Source of the DNA: Neodothiora populina
Taxonomy: Eukaryota
Direction: 5' to 3'
Assembly: GCF_041146345.1 (NCBI RefSeq)
Contig: NW_027191409.1
Span: forward strand, 1,488,001-1,552,000
Length of the DNA: 64,000 nucleotides
Within the stretch, counting starts at the first letter, position 1, and every line of letters begins with the position of its first letter. Positions 37,037 through 49,740 of this stretch are shown piece after piece. The position numbers were made by a program, and so were the translations under genes. The notes beneath the pieces were generated by a model, which was not told the origin of the DNA, made no database searches, and was given only the letters and a program-made list of their open reading frames with translations.

Positions 37037-38897
37037 CTATTCCCACTTCAGCACCTTTTCAAGCCCAGCCGTCGTCTTGGGGAACCAAGCATCAAGCCTG
37101 AAGTCCGGAATTCTCAGCCTGAGCTCCGCCTGCAGTTTCTTCTTCTGATCCTGCAGAATAGCGATATCGCGCTTGACATTCTCGCGGCGCAGACCCACTG
37201 CTCCCGCCACTGAACCTGCAGTCACAGCGCCACCGCCGCCCCGAAGCAACAGCGCCGCGAGCTCATCGATATGCTCAAACGCCTTGATCTTCAACGGCAC
37301 AGAATGGAAGTCTTGGTCCTCGTCGCCGCCCTTGACGGCGAACTGGTACAAGTCGCTCGTGGCGTCCATTGCCAGGTCGAAAGCCAGGTCGCAGAGCCGG
37401 GGCGCGCGGATGTTGAATTGTCGTATGTCGCGCACGATGTCTTTGAGGCCGTTTTCGAGGTTTGGTGCGTAGAGATAGTTGCCGCGCTGCGAGAGGAAGT
37501 GCGTCCATGATTGCTGCCGCGAGGCTATCGATGTGCGGATTAGGTCGGCGTCTTTTAGCTCTTGCGGGGTTATCCAGAGAGGTTCTGAGGCTGATCGTGG
37601 AGGAGGTTGGGGTGGGGGTTGTTGCTGTTGTTGCTGTTGGCGGTGTCGTGTTAACGCCTTGCCTGCTGGGTCGTTTTCGTGGAACGGATGCTTTTTGGCG
37701 GTCGGGATGGGTCCCAGCGATGTTTGCTGTTTGGTAGTTGGTTTCGCGGCGATGCTGGCTTTCAGTTCTGCTAGCTCTGCTCGGAAGGTCCGCAGTTCTT
37801 TCTGTTGGTCTTCTTGAGACTTGAGCTGGGTTGTCAAGGCATCGATTTCTTTGCGGAAGTTGTCGGATTGGTCTTTTAGGACTGATTTGTTCCATTGTCG
37901 TTGTTGCTCGCGCTGCAGTCGTATCATTTCGACCTCTTGACGGAGAGTAGTGGTTTCGGCTTGCAGAGCATCGATCTCTGATTGTTGCTTGTCTTTGTGC
38001 TCATCCTGTGCTCGATGGACTTGAGTGAGCTTGTTTTCTAGGTTCTCGAGTCTGCCTGACGAGGGTGTGCGAGTCTCCGCTCCAACGAGTGAGTGTCGTT
38101 GTTGATCATGTTCGCACTGTGCTTTCCGTAGCTGAGCTAGTCCACTCTCTAGAGCCTCTATTCTGTCATCCAATAGCTTACGAGTCTCCTCTTCTCCCAG
38201 TAGATCTCGTCGATGACCATACTGTTGCCGTGCTTGTTGCATCTGAGTGAGACTAGTCCCCGAGGCTTTGAAGTCGCCATCTAATGCCGCAAGACTACTC
38301 GTTCGCTCCCCATGACCCGTCTCACACGAGTTCGACCCACTCGATCTCTCCGCATCTACAACAGCTTCGGGCTGTCCGTCCTTCCTCAGGACCGGCAGCA
38401 CCAGGTCCAATAGCTTGGACGAGAAATCTAATAATCGAGTACGGTCCAAGTCTTGGTATGACTCGGCAAGCAAAGATGTCTTTGCCAGGACCTCGGACAT
38501 GGCATCTTGTCGTTCATTCTGTTGGATATGTGACTATGTAGTTCATCAGCATTGGTGTTTTGAAACATTCATACTTTCGAACTCAAGAACAGGATACGCA
38601 GAAAAATTGGTTCGTCGGGGAGAGAGTAAGCTACGCGGCAAAGAACGAGTCGCAACCATTACAAACTTGTGCAATTCCATACTCAATTGACTGAACGATA
38701 AAAGAACGAAAAAAAATAACGACAGGGAAATGGATACATACCTGCGCATCATCAAGATCAATACTATATCTCTTCCTCTTACTACTACTACCCTTCCTCA
38801 CAGACGCATCTGTACGGCTACCACCACCACCACTACTACCACTTTTCTCATCTACCCCGTTTTCGGCAATCTCGACGTTCCGCCGCTTCTTGCCCAT
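37037..38897 (-). CDS. Hypothetical coiled-coil protein with basic NLS-like N-terminus
   Basis: Exon 38897-38742 (MGKKRR...KRKRY), intron 38741-38534 (GTATGT..GCTGAT..TAG), in frame with the 487-aa ORF; heptad-rich middle and a polyQ/P tract. Confidence 0.72.
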
Positions 38898-39437
38898 TCT
38901 TATTTCTTCTGTGCTGCTACCGAGCTAAGAGCTTCATTTACCTTTGTGTTCATAAGGGAATGAAGTGGGATTTGGACCATCAAGGTACAGTACTAGACTC
39001 CGAGGTGCGCGCGGGATGGTGGTGCTGGGGACCGAAGTTGGAAGTCGGGGGACGTTTAGTCGACTTGCGCTGTGCGGCTTTGTTTTTGTTCTGATGAAGG
39101 AAGGGTCTTGACTTGTTCAAGATATCTTAGGGAATGATATCTTATTTCGATATTACTTTGATAAATTGTAAACGACTACGAGTAAAGCACTGTGTGTATG
39201 ATGCGTAGGCTTTGTTTGGTAGTGGTAATTATTGCTCTTTTTCTGGGTATCATACTAGTGCGAATCGCTAATGTTCCCGGCCCTCTCGTTTCTTTTGTAT
39301 TCTGGTGTGCACTATAAGAGCGCCTGCTATATTTGATGTAGTCATGGTACGTCTCCAGTGGAGGATCTGTCCTCTATTACTCTGAAATATGCAAATGACA
39401 CAAGGTCGTAATCTGGACATAGTCCATGTGACTACCC

Positions 39438-41137
39438 TCATAGAGCGTCAAACACCTGAAACTTGACGACTTCGGGCTCGAGAGTCTCCGCGTCAAGTAA
39501 CACCATCTCACCTGTATCTCTGAACTTCGGCACTGCGATGAGTCTCACGATCTGACCATTAAGGCCTTCGATCGTCGTCGTTTCGAACCGAGGTTGATTA
39601 CCGATGACCAAGACATGTGGACAATTCTCCATGACGAAGCGATCCTTGTCTTGGAAAGGATAACACCCTGGAGAAACCTTTTGTCAGCAAAATCATCAGC
39701 AAGACGGAAGTGATAACGGGCACTTACACAACGTGTCAGGAGCTGTAGGTGCCACCAGTCTCCATCGGCACATGGCCTCCATCATCTCTAATCGTTCCTC
39801 TCCCTCCACATATTTGAAGATGTCATCTAGATTCTGCCCACCACAGCATAAAAGCCGCCACCCGTCTACGTCTCCTTCCCATGGATTCGTCACGCTGTCA
39901 AACCAGCCGGGCTCTCCATCTTCACCTCCCACACGATCAGGTGGCGCCATATAGGGCCTTGAATGTGGGAACAGAGCGGCGTGCATGGGCTGTTGAGGAA
40001 GCGACGTTTGCGTAGGGTCACTCTCGCCAGGTATTAGCGTGATCGGTATCGATGGGAGTAGAGTCGAGAAAAGTAGGTCTAGTCGATCCGTAGGAGCTGG
40101 ATTGTAGCTTGCAGCATCGTAACCATATTTCCTCGAAGATGTCGCCGCGACTCCTTTTTTGTTGGCGATGTCGTCCAGACTCGGGATGGGAGAAGCGTGA
40201 GCGAGAGAATTGCCCACAATGATAAGCCTTGATATTTGAGATGCCTCGGCCTGCTCTGACGGTGTTGCTGATTCGCCAAGAAGATACTCCATGAGGAGAT
40301 CCAGCTTCATTGCGTCTCCCTCATCTCCTGTCACTCCCAAACCAGACAATAACGCGATTTTGCCAGCCTTCTTTCGTTCTTTGAGTACTGCTTTGCCTTT
40401 GACAGCATTTGTTCCCTCGTCGACTTCCCACCGTTGTGGCTGGCGAGCCAGGTCCGGTACCTTGATCTCTATGACTTCAAAGTCTCCATCTGCGTTTTCT
40501 GTTCCCATGGCCGAGATGATGCATCCTGTGACCAATAAGGTAGTATCGAGGTAGGCGCCCGTAAGCCGTAACCTTCCAGACTCGTCCTCCAACATGACCT
40601 GATCTTCACCGTTGGGACTTATAAACTTCACCCTTGGCGGCGGAGCAGCGATCCAATGATCCTTGGAGATGTCGTCGAGAATGTTGGGTTTTAGTGGCAT
40701 TTCCATGTACACCGTTCCTGTGACCCAGACAAGCTCGCCCTGTCGGACGTCCAGCACTCTGTCGACTTTGCGCACCTCTTCACCGGCAATCTGTAGATGT
40801 ATCCGTGAGCATTGATGTCCTTCGCAAAACCAATGTTTGGGCCAACCGACCTCGAATCCATCCCAAGCTTCTGATGCCACTCTCTCCACTGCTGGTTTCA
40901 AGACCGCCAGACGCGCAAAGTACATGTCCGCATATTGTTGTTGGTAGTGTTTCTTTTCACCCTTTGGGAGGTGGTATGTCCGTAGTGGGGTGTAGACAGA
41001 CTCGGCTCGTTCAAGAGTAGCATATTCTTCGGTTCTAGACTGTGTCAGTTCGATATGCTGCGTGCGATAGCTGTGACTTCAAGAACATACGATGATGGTT
41101 CGCAAAGTAGCGTCTCTACTGCTTCGGTTGGCCTCAT
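39438..41137 (-). CDS. POL31: DNA polymerase delta small subunit
   Basis: YQQQYADMYFARL, LEDESGRLRL, LPQQPMH, APTAPDTL, CPHV..IGNQP.F. Introns 41090-41035, 40850-40791 and about 39727-39668. Confidence 0.95.
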
Positions 41138-41235
41138 GGCTACGACTCTGTCACAACGGTACTCAATGAGTCGTCCGTGAGGTCACAATCATTCCAAACA
41201 GATGTGCAGTAGATGCGGGTGATATATGAAGTGAG

Positions 41236-41270
41236 ACGCGTCCTCCACCGTGAAAGCGCGTCACAACGCG
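41236..41270. promoter_or_regulatory. MCB (MluI cell-cycle box) cluster upstream of POL31
   Basis: ACGCGT 41236-41241 plus two CGCG cores about 100-130 bp before the ATG of a replication gene. Confidence 0.6.
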
Positions 41271-41526
41271 CACTTGGCATCACTTTGCACCGATTGGGAA
41301 AGATGATTGCGCCACATCACACATTGCTCCGTTCTATGCGATCTGTTTATAGATATATCGTAGTTCATTTGATATTTACATTTTATATGATACATAGTTT
41401 TATACAGAGGGGAGTAATGACACGGGGACAATGACATGGGGGTATCCAATTCTTTCGGACCAAGGATGTTGGCGCATATGTTCGTCAGTGTTGGAGCAGT
41501 TGTGGTGATGTTCTCTGCCGACAATT

Positions 41527-44500
41527 TTACTCGGCAGCACCACCCATGCCCAATTCCACGACCTTCCAACCGTCCTTCTCGTTGGCAAAAGGCTTCATCT
41601 CTCCAAGTACAGCCATGTTGCCCTTGGAAATGCCGTTGAGCAAAAACCTCTCGGCCACGTCTCTGACTTGAGACTTAGACACGTCGAGTAATTGCTCCCT
41701 GCGGATGTGCTCCATCTGCGGTGTCACACCTGAGACGAACCTGGTCATGCCCTCTTCGCTTACGCTTCTAGGAGCATCCATAGCCTGGAAGACGCTGAGC
41801 TTGGCTTCCTCGAGGTCGCCGGCAGTCCACTCCTTTCCTACTGCCCATCTGCCTACGTCGCTGATGACTTTGATTGTGTTCTCGGGGTTCGGGTCTCTGT
41901 AAGCGTAGAAACCAAAGATGCCGTCCAGTCCTCGACTGTAAGCACCACCACCATAAGCGCCTCCACGCTCACGGATCTCACGGTGTAGGTGCTTGTGTGT
42001 TAGGAGCTGAGCTAAGATAGCTAGAGGTGCGCCAGATGCATTGTTGTAGGAAACTGTTGGCAGAGAAAGTCCCGAGTAGTAGACCTGATATGGCAGAGGG
42101 AAGAATGATTTACTGTTGCGCGTGATGGTCTGGTTCCAGTCGCGGAGCGGCAGGCTTAGGCTCGACAAAAGGGGTGCCGACTGAGCTGAAGCAGAGAAGG
42201 CGCCACCGAGGAATGTACGGAGGGATGACTCGTTGCTGGCAGTCGATTCAGAGCCACAGGTCAAGGCTATTCGCATGTTGGCAAGGTTCGAGGCGACCAG
42301 GGACTGGATAGCCCTGAGAGCTCGAATGAGTTCTTCAGCAATGCTTCCACCGAGCTCGGGATGGGAAGCGAGTGCCGAGATGGTGGCGATCTGGGTGATT
42401 CCCCCTGTCTGCTCTGCAAGACGACCGTGAGGTGTAATTCCAGCCTCGGCGAAACGTCTGGCGTAAGCGTGGCCCGACTCGGCTATGGTGTCAACACCAC
42501 CGCTGGCGGCGCTTTGCAGAAGCTCTTTGAGTGCTGCCCTTGCCTTGGGGCTTTCGAAATCCGTCTCAAGAATGATCATCCTCATCAGATGATACATGGC
42601 AGGAACGTTCTGGTCCAACGCATATCCAGACATGCTAAGGCCTTCTTCGCAGGTGTCAATCGCAAGTGGGGACGTCACGGCATGATATCCGAACGAGATG
42701 CCACCAGTCTTCAATTTGATCAGGTCCTCGATCTCCTCCATGCTTTTCGTCTTGGTGCCAATACGCATGAGGGCATCACAGAACAGCGGAACGAAAGTTC
42801 GGAGCTCGTTCGGTAGGTTCTTGAAGATGCTCAGTGCGCGGAAGTAAGTCAGGCCGTTTGTGGGGGCCTCTCGCCATTGCACCTTGACACTGTCGAGCGA
42901 CGACTCTCGGGTCTCTTTGGTCGGCTTATTTCGCGGTATATCCTTTACGTGGACAGATGGTAGACAAGACAGATCCTGGTCGGCCATTTGTTCTGCTACC
43001 AATTCGAGCTCACGCTCCCTCAGTTGCTTGTAAGCCGACTCCTTCGAGCCAAACATCTGCTCAGCCTCTGCTTTCTTAATTTCGAGCCTTGCAGCCTCTT
43101 CGCTCAGCAGCTCCTGAGAGTAGGTTGCAGACGGTTCCATGGTGAACGTGAGTGTGTGGTCATTCAGGAGGTACTTGTCCACAAGACCTTCCAGGTACTT
43201 GCCCTTGGCGAGCTCATTTTTGAAAGCGTCAACAGTAGGCTGCCAATCGAGAGCGTCAAAAACATCGACACCGTTGAACCAAGATGGCTTGAGACGCTGG
43301 ATGATTGCCATGCCGAAGTTAGCCGTCTTGTGTTTCAAGCTGAGCTCAAGTTGGTGCAGAATGCCATCGATCTTGCTCTGGTCGAAGCCCTTCTCCTTGG
43401 TTTCACGGAGAGTGTCGAAGATTGCTTCCCTGACTTTCGGAAGATTCTCCTGCTTGACGCCGTTCAAGCCAATGGAGAAGATGCCACGGCGTCCGGAGCC
43501 ATCGTAGCCAGTGTTGGGCGTATAGTCAGGGCCGAGGCCGGCTTCGACGAGATTGCGATAGAAGGGTGATCCGTAGCCATCCATTAGTAGAGATGAAATG
43601 ACAGACATGGAGAAGTTCTCGAGCACGTTGGAAGCGTCGCCCATGAGCCAAGACACCGAAGTACGGTACTGTGAGTCCGGAGGATTGAGAGGGTCGACAG
43701 GGCCTTTGATGGTGATGTAGCGGGGTCCGTTCTCGAGACTCTCGGGTAGCTTCACGTCGGAATCGGGAGAAATCTTGTTGAAATTGTTCAATTGTGCGCC
43801 AATAGCAGCTAGATGATCGTTCAATGGCATGTCTCCATAAGTCAGGACCTTGGCGTTACTAGGGTGGTAATGGTCGGCGTGGAATTTCTTGAGCTGATTG
43901 TAGGTCAGATCAGTGATCTTCTGGGGATCACCGCCAGAATTGTTGATGGCAGGGAAGATGTGCTCGTGGAAGCGGATGTAGTAGAGGTAGCTGGAGTCAG
44001 ACATCTGGCCCTTCATTTCGTTGTACACAACACCCTTGAAGATGATATCGTCGGCACTGCCAGCCTCTTTCTCCGGGTTTTCAGGTCCCAAGCGCCAGCC
44101 CTCCTGCGTGAAATCATTCGTCTTGAGGAGTGGATGGAGTGTGGCGTCAAGGTAGACAGACATGAGGTTCTTGAAGTCTTGGGCATTGGTCGTGGCAAAT
44201 GGATAGGTGGTGTGGTCGGAAGAGGTAAAGGCGTTCATGAAATTGGAAAGAGATCGAGGGAGCATCTTAAAGAAAGGGTCGCGAACAGGATACCTACATG
44301 GTGTCAGCATTGCGCTGAATTATGGACTTCCAAGGCAAGCGTACTTCTCACTGCCGCAAAGCGTGGTATGCTCGAGGATGTGCGGGACACCAGTGGCATC
44401 CGGCGGATTGGTCTTGAAACCGATGGAGAAGACATTGTTACTATCGTCTCTTGCTATGTGAAGGTAATCGGCGCCTGTCTTGTCATGCTCGAAATGCAGC

Positions 44501-44676
44501 GCGGTGAGTTCAAGCTCAGGCACATGCTTTGCCCTCTTCAAAGTGAAGCCGTGTAGTTGGTCTCCTGGCCGAGGGTATTTTGCAAGATCGGTCACTGAAG
44601 CATAGCTGCGCTTTGTTAGAGGTGATGGCGCGGATAGACGAGCCACTGAAGGCGTCTTTCCCACGGCTCTCAACAT
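41527..44676 (-). CDS. CYM1: Mitochondrial presequence protease (M16C)
   Basis: Presequence MLRAVGK...KRSYA; inverted zincin [44 protein letters not shown]. Intron 44344-44294. Confidence 0.97.
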
Positions 44677-45256
44677 GCTCCGGCGCACACGTGTCTCGCC
44701 CTGATGTGTATATCTGCTTCCTGCGGGTCCAAGAAGAGGCAGAATGCTGACAAGATCCTTTCACAGTTACTGATCAAGCGATGGAGAAGGGTTTTGTGAA
44801 ATAGTGTCAGAGTGGATGAATAGATGGGCAGATGACCAAAGTGTAAGAAATTATAACTATTGTGGATGAGGTATGCAAATGACGCTTACCCACTCAATTC
44901 GGAGGCAAACACACACCACTTTATCACCACTTTTATCACCACTTCATCACCGTCGGGAGAATGGCTCCAAAGGGCACAGACGGAAGACTTAATAAACTAA
45001 GGCAGTAGGTACAGCAGGGTACAATACTGTATCCTACGTAGGTCAAGTAGCACAGATACCGTAAGGGAAGCGAAGGTAAGTAATGGAAATGCGCAAGGCT
45101 TGACGGCGAGCGGAAGGGAAAAAAGGTCCGAGCGTGCGCGAGAAAGACAAGCGCAAACGACGCAGACGAGAAATCATGAGAATAGCAATAATGCAATATT
45201 ATCTCTACACTGTGTATCGTTCACTTACCTGGCAGTGAGACAGAAATCAAGAGACA

Positions 45257-45297
45257 GACGAGACGAAACGAAACGAGACGAAACGAAACGAAACGAA
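45257..45297. repeat. (CGAGA/CGAAA)n pentanucleotide repeat
   Basis: gacgagacgaaacgaaacgagacgaaacgaaacgaaacgaa. Confidence 0.85.
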
Positions 45298-45633
45298 TCG
45301 AGTGCGGCAGAGCGACGTTTCTTCAGCTTCTTCTTATTCTTCTTCTTCTTCTGCTTCTCTGCCCTTGGCTTCTTTCTGCTGCCGCCCGCCGATAGGTGAA
45401 GGAAGGTTCCTTGTTAGCGGCCCACGATCGCTTTTGCAGCACAACCACCGAACCTGTCGCCATCTCGACATACTCGATCCGCAGGAAAGTCAGGTTTGGC
45501 GCAACCAACTCTACTTACTGTCGGCCTCATTGCTTCCACATCCGCATCGCATCGCAATATCCATTCTCCGCTATCAGGATCTCAATATATACATATACAG
45601 TATACAACAGGTAGCTTACATCACCTGCTGTCT

Positions 45634-45673
45634 ACCACCTCCACCACCACCACCACCACCACCACCACCACCA
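45634..45673. repeat. (CCA)n microsatellite upstream of the taxilin gene
   Basis: About 13 CCA/CCT units. Confidence 0.9.
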
Positions 45674-46079
45674 GACCGTCTTGTCCAGGATTGGCCTTCA
45701 GCCGCATCTCCGTCCGCGACATCTTTGTCTTCGTCTTTGGCGCGCCTTATCTTCCAACTGCTTCGGACCATCTTGGGCGGGTTCATCTTCAGCAACGCCT
45801 CCAGCCGTCACTGGCGACACTCCGAGAGTGACGAGTCGAAGGGGAGAGGAAGACTCCGAGAAGTGCAAGGGAAGCGGAGAGAGACGTCTTGTCTCGCTGC
45901 ATTGCGGTCAGCACACGATACTTGAAACAGACAGACCGAGGTTACTACTACGCCACTGGATTCGAAGTTCTTGGTTTTCGCTCTCCATCGGAAAGGACTC
46001 GTCGGCCCCATGACACGTCCTGTCTGATATTTCGCAACGTCAACCATACTAACACCATTCTTTCTCGCCTCCCCCGACT

Positions 46080-48150
46080 ATGGCTACGACGGCCCAGTTG
46101 CCTCAAAGCTCCCGCGCTTCGCCTGCTTCCGTCCTCGAAAATGACTCTCCTCTTGCTGCCGCCCCACCACCACCACCACCCTCCTCGAACCCTGTTGGGA
46201 AGAAGGCAAAAGCGAAGAAAGGCGCAACGGATCAGACTGACGCCGCGAGGCAGCTTCAGGCAAAAATCGCACAGCTAGAACAAGATGCCGCCGGAAGGTC
46301 CGAGGAAGATGCCGAGATTGGTATGTTCTCACGATTCGACAAATGCGCGCCGCATCTCGCAAGCGCGATCGCGAGCCATATCAATCACCACTAACCTGGG
46401 CAATGCTGATTTTTATAATTTGCAGAACGGGAAGTCAAAAAGGCCAATCGCGATTTGTCACAGTTACTTTCGAACATGGAGTCCATGCCCAGCAAAGTAG
46501 ACGCGCTCCAACGAAAGTATTCCGAGCTCTTGGCCGAGATGAAACGGACGGAAAGGGAGCACATCAAGTCCAAGAAGCGAGGCGATCAACTTCAAAAAGA
46601 AAAAGACTCGCAACGTTCAGAGCTTACCAAGTCGAACTCCATGAAGGAAAAGTTGGAGAAGCTCAGTCGCGAGCTGACCAAGGAGAATAAGAAACTCAAG
46701 GTGCGCACATCTCACAAGACGTACATTTCTCGCATGCGCTGCGTTCGGTATATTGACGTGGCTTTTTGCGCTCGCAGGAGGATCTTCGAGAACTCAAGGA
46801 GAGTGCTGCCGATAAAAACGAGGAGCTGCAACGGCGGCTCGACAAGATGGTTTCCGAAGTCGCAGAAGTCGTGAGCGATCGAAAGATGCCAGATCGACCG
46901 TATGGAGATCTCGAAGAAGATAAAATGTACGACTCGCCTTTCCTTCTCGTCTTTTTGCCAGCAACGCTAAAATCTCGCTCTTTTCCTTACCAAAACAGAT
47001 TCCGAGAGAAGTTCAAATCATTCGTCGAACAATACGAAATGCGCGAGATACAATTCGCTTCTTTATTACGGACCAAAGAACTGGAAATACAATTGCAGAT
47101 GGCCAAGATGGAGGAATTGAAGAAGGCACAAGCGACAGAGTTGAGCAAGTCTCATCAGTTGACACGTCAGGTATCTACTTTCTCCCAGACGGAAAACGAA
47201 TTGCGCAGTCAGCTGAATATTTATGTGGAGAAGTTTAAGCAGGTGAGCATCCTTCCGAAAATCTATCCGGCCATCAACACTCGCATGCGAGCATGACGGA
47301 CCGATTATGCGAAAAGCAAAAGCACAGATACAGCATTCCTTTCCGAACACCATCACGTACCATGAACCCGAGCCTTCTTCCGTTCCGACCCAGAATCACA
47401 ATTGACAACGAACCAAAGCCTTCTCTCCAGAAGTCATAGACTCACTGACGCATACAGCAGGTCGAAGATACCCTCAACAACAGCAACGACCTCTTCCTGA
47501 CCTTCCGCAAGGAGATGGAAGAGATGAGCAAGAAATCAAAGCGCCTCGAAAAAGAGAACATGCAACTCACCCGCAAGCAAGAAGCGACCAACAAGAACAT
47601 CTTCGCCATGGCCGAGGAACGGTCTCAGAGTCAGCAAGCCATCGAACGCCTACAAAAGGAGAACGAGAAGTTGAAGAAGCTCTGTCGCGCCATGCAGACC
47701 AACGGATACGGACGAGCGGACATGCGTGGGAATGTACACCCTGGTGGGCCTCACGGTGTAGTGCCCGGGGAGCACCACGACTCCGGCATGGTGGAAGAGG
47801 ACGACGACGGTCTGGACGAGACAGACTCTGAATACGATGAGTATGACGAGGATGAGGAGGGCAGCGTCGAGGGTGAATATGACGAAGACACAGAAGAAGA
47901 GCCAATCGATGTGCAACCGAGGACTTTCGGCCCCCCTCCACCGCCGGCACCACCTCAACATCCACCACAGCAGCAACAACAGCAGCACCATCATCACCAC
48001 CACCATCATCATCACCATCAACAACCACAGCAACAGCAGCATTCGGGCCCACAAGGTCAAAAGAGCCTGCCGATTCGGACGACAGAGCAGCAGCAGCAAA
48101 CGGCGGCGGCCGCTGCTGCTGTGAATGGGCTCAATGGGGTCAAGCATTAG
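46080..48150 (+). CDS. Taxilin-family (myosin-like coiled-coil) protein
   Basis: KEKLEKLSRELTKEN, F.EQYE.RE, ELRSQLNIYVEKFKQ|VEDTLNNSNDLFLTFRKEMEEMSKKSKRLEKEN; four introns; acidic and polyQ/H tail. Confidence 0.92.
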
Positions 48151-49740
48151 TACATTCTTAACGCTCGAATTGTAACAAAGAAACCACATAAAATTTCAAT
48201 CTCTGCTTGAAGGTCTGACGTTGGTTATTTTCTTTTTCTGTCGCCTAATTCGACCGCTGACTTTGTGCTCTTTTCGTATGTCATCTAACGTGGCTGAAAC
48301 TGCTCCTGCCTCTTTCTATTTCTCAACCTGCACAGATCCGTCCGTTCACCCCTCCTCCTTCCCCATTCTTCCCCAACAAGATAGAAGGTCATCGACCCCT
48401 CCACTTGCACAAACCCAACACCAATCCCCAAAACCAAACGCGCAGCATTGAACAGATCTTTGCCGTCTCCAATACAGAGCGCTTCCACTATTGGAGATCA
48501 CTTGGCTATTCGTCACTTCTTTTCTTTCTTCTTCATCGAGGAATGGGGAAGAAGTGAACAGAACAAAAAGCGCTAGATCAAGAAACGAGGGAAGACCAGA
48601 AGAAGACTGATGAAACGCACTCAGCCTGGACGTTTTTGCCCCTTTTTTTTTCTTTCTTTGCTGCTTTTCTGGGAGCCTCTCTTCCTGACTTCTTTGTTTT
48701 CCGACCCCCTTTTCTTTGGGACCCGGAGCTGTGGAGCCTAGGACTACTTCTTTCGTCCTTTTCTCGCTTGGCTGTTCCGAACCCTTGAGTTTTACCGTTC
48801 ACGTGTCGTTCGGGCAGTCGAGCAAGAAGAGAAGACGAAAGATAGAACCTGGTCTCCATAGCGCTCGAACCGTAGAGAACGATCGTAGAACGAAGAACGA
48901 CGGAGAGGCGACGAATAGAAAAGACGAGAAAAGAGAAAAGGAGAGGGGATTGAAACGGAGGGCTGTGTGTGTGTGTGGGTGGCGGATGTTCTGACTTTTG
49001 GTTCTTTGCTCGCAGGATCTCCTGCTATTTCAGACCCGTTGTCGTCGGCAGACTCAGGCGCGCGGACTAAAGTATGGAGAACATTTCTTTTCTTTTTTGT
49101 TACCCTTTTTATGGCATCTTGTTGGCCTTCTTGTTCTGCTGCTGCTGCTGCTCTTGATCTTCGACATCCTGTGTCGGGCGTAGTGTGTCTTCTGCTATCT
49201 TGTCTTTTGATCTTCGTTGGCATCGTGGTATATACTTGTCCTGATAGAGGATGGTAAGATTGCAGTGGTAGTTAGAGGGGGCAGGACTTGGGGATGTCGT
49301 TGATCACCTCGGCAAGGGCAAGGACGGAAGGTGAAGAGAGGAAAGAGAGAGTGTTCGTGGATTTTTTGTCACTACTCCTTTGTTCGCGTACTTGAGCAGA
49401 GCGAGGTCTTCTCGTCACGAGTATATAGATAGAGAATCAGGGGCTGCACAAGGCTAGAATAAGGTGTGTGTGAATTGATATAGAGAGATAAAACACTGAC
49501 CTGAGCAATCATTTAGTCAACCCAATGGTGACAGGTAAGGCACTCTGTCCTAATCCGGCACACGCCCGTGCGAAAAGGAAAAAGAGAACTTATGCATATA
49601 CAATGTTACAAAAGTCCTTGATTGGCAAGAAAAGGAAATGAGATGGATACAGTGTCCAAGAAAGAAAATCGACTTTCCAAATCCGTTGTTTGTATTCTTC
49701 CACTACAGGTCGTGTTTGGAACAGCGCGCCAACCTTCCAC

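Noticed and set aside
44916..44951. Three tandem (CACCACTTT..AT) units upstream of CYM1 as a CRISPR-like array
   Set aside because: Simple 11-12 bp tandem duplication without spacers, in a eukaryotic genome.
49606..49740. 44 open codons after the DGA1 TAG
   Set aside because: Within chance; no motif or PTS1 at the end.
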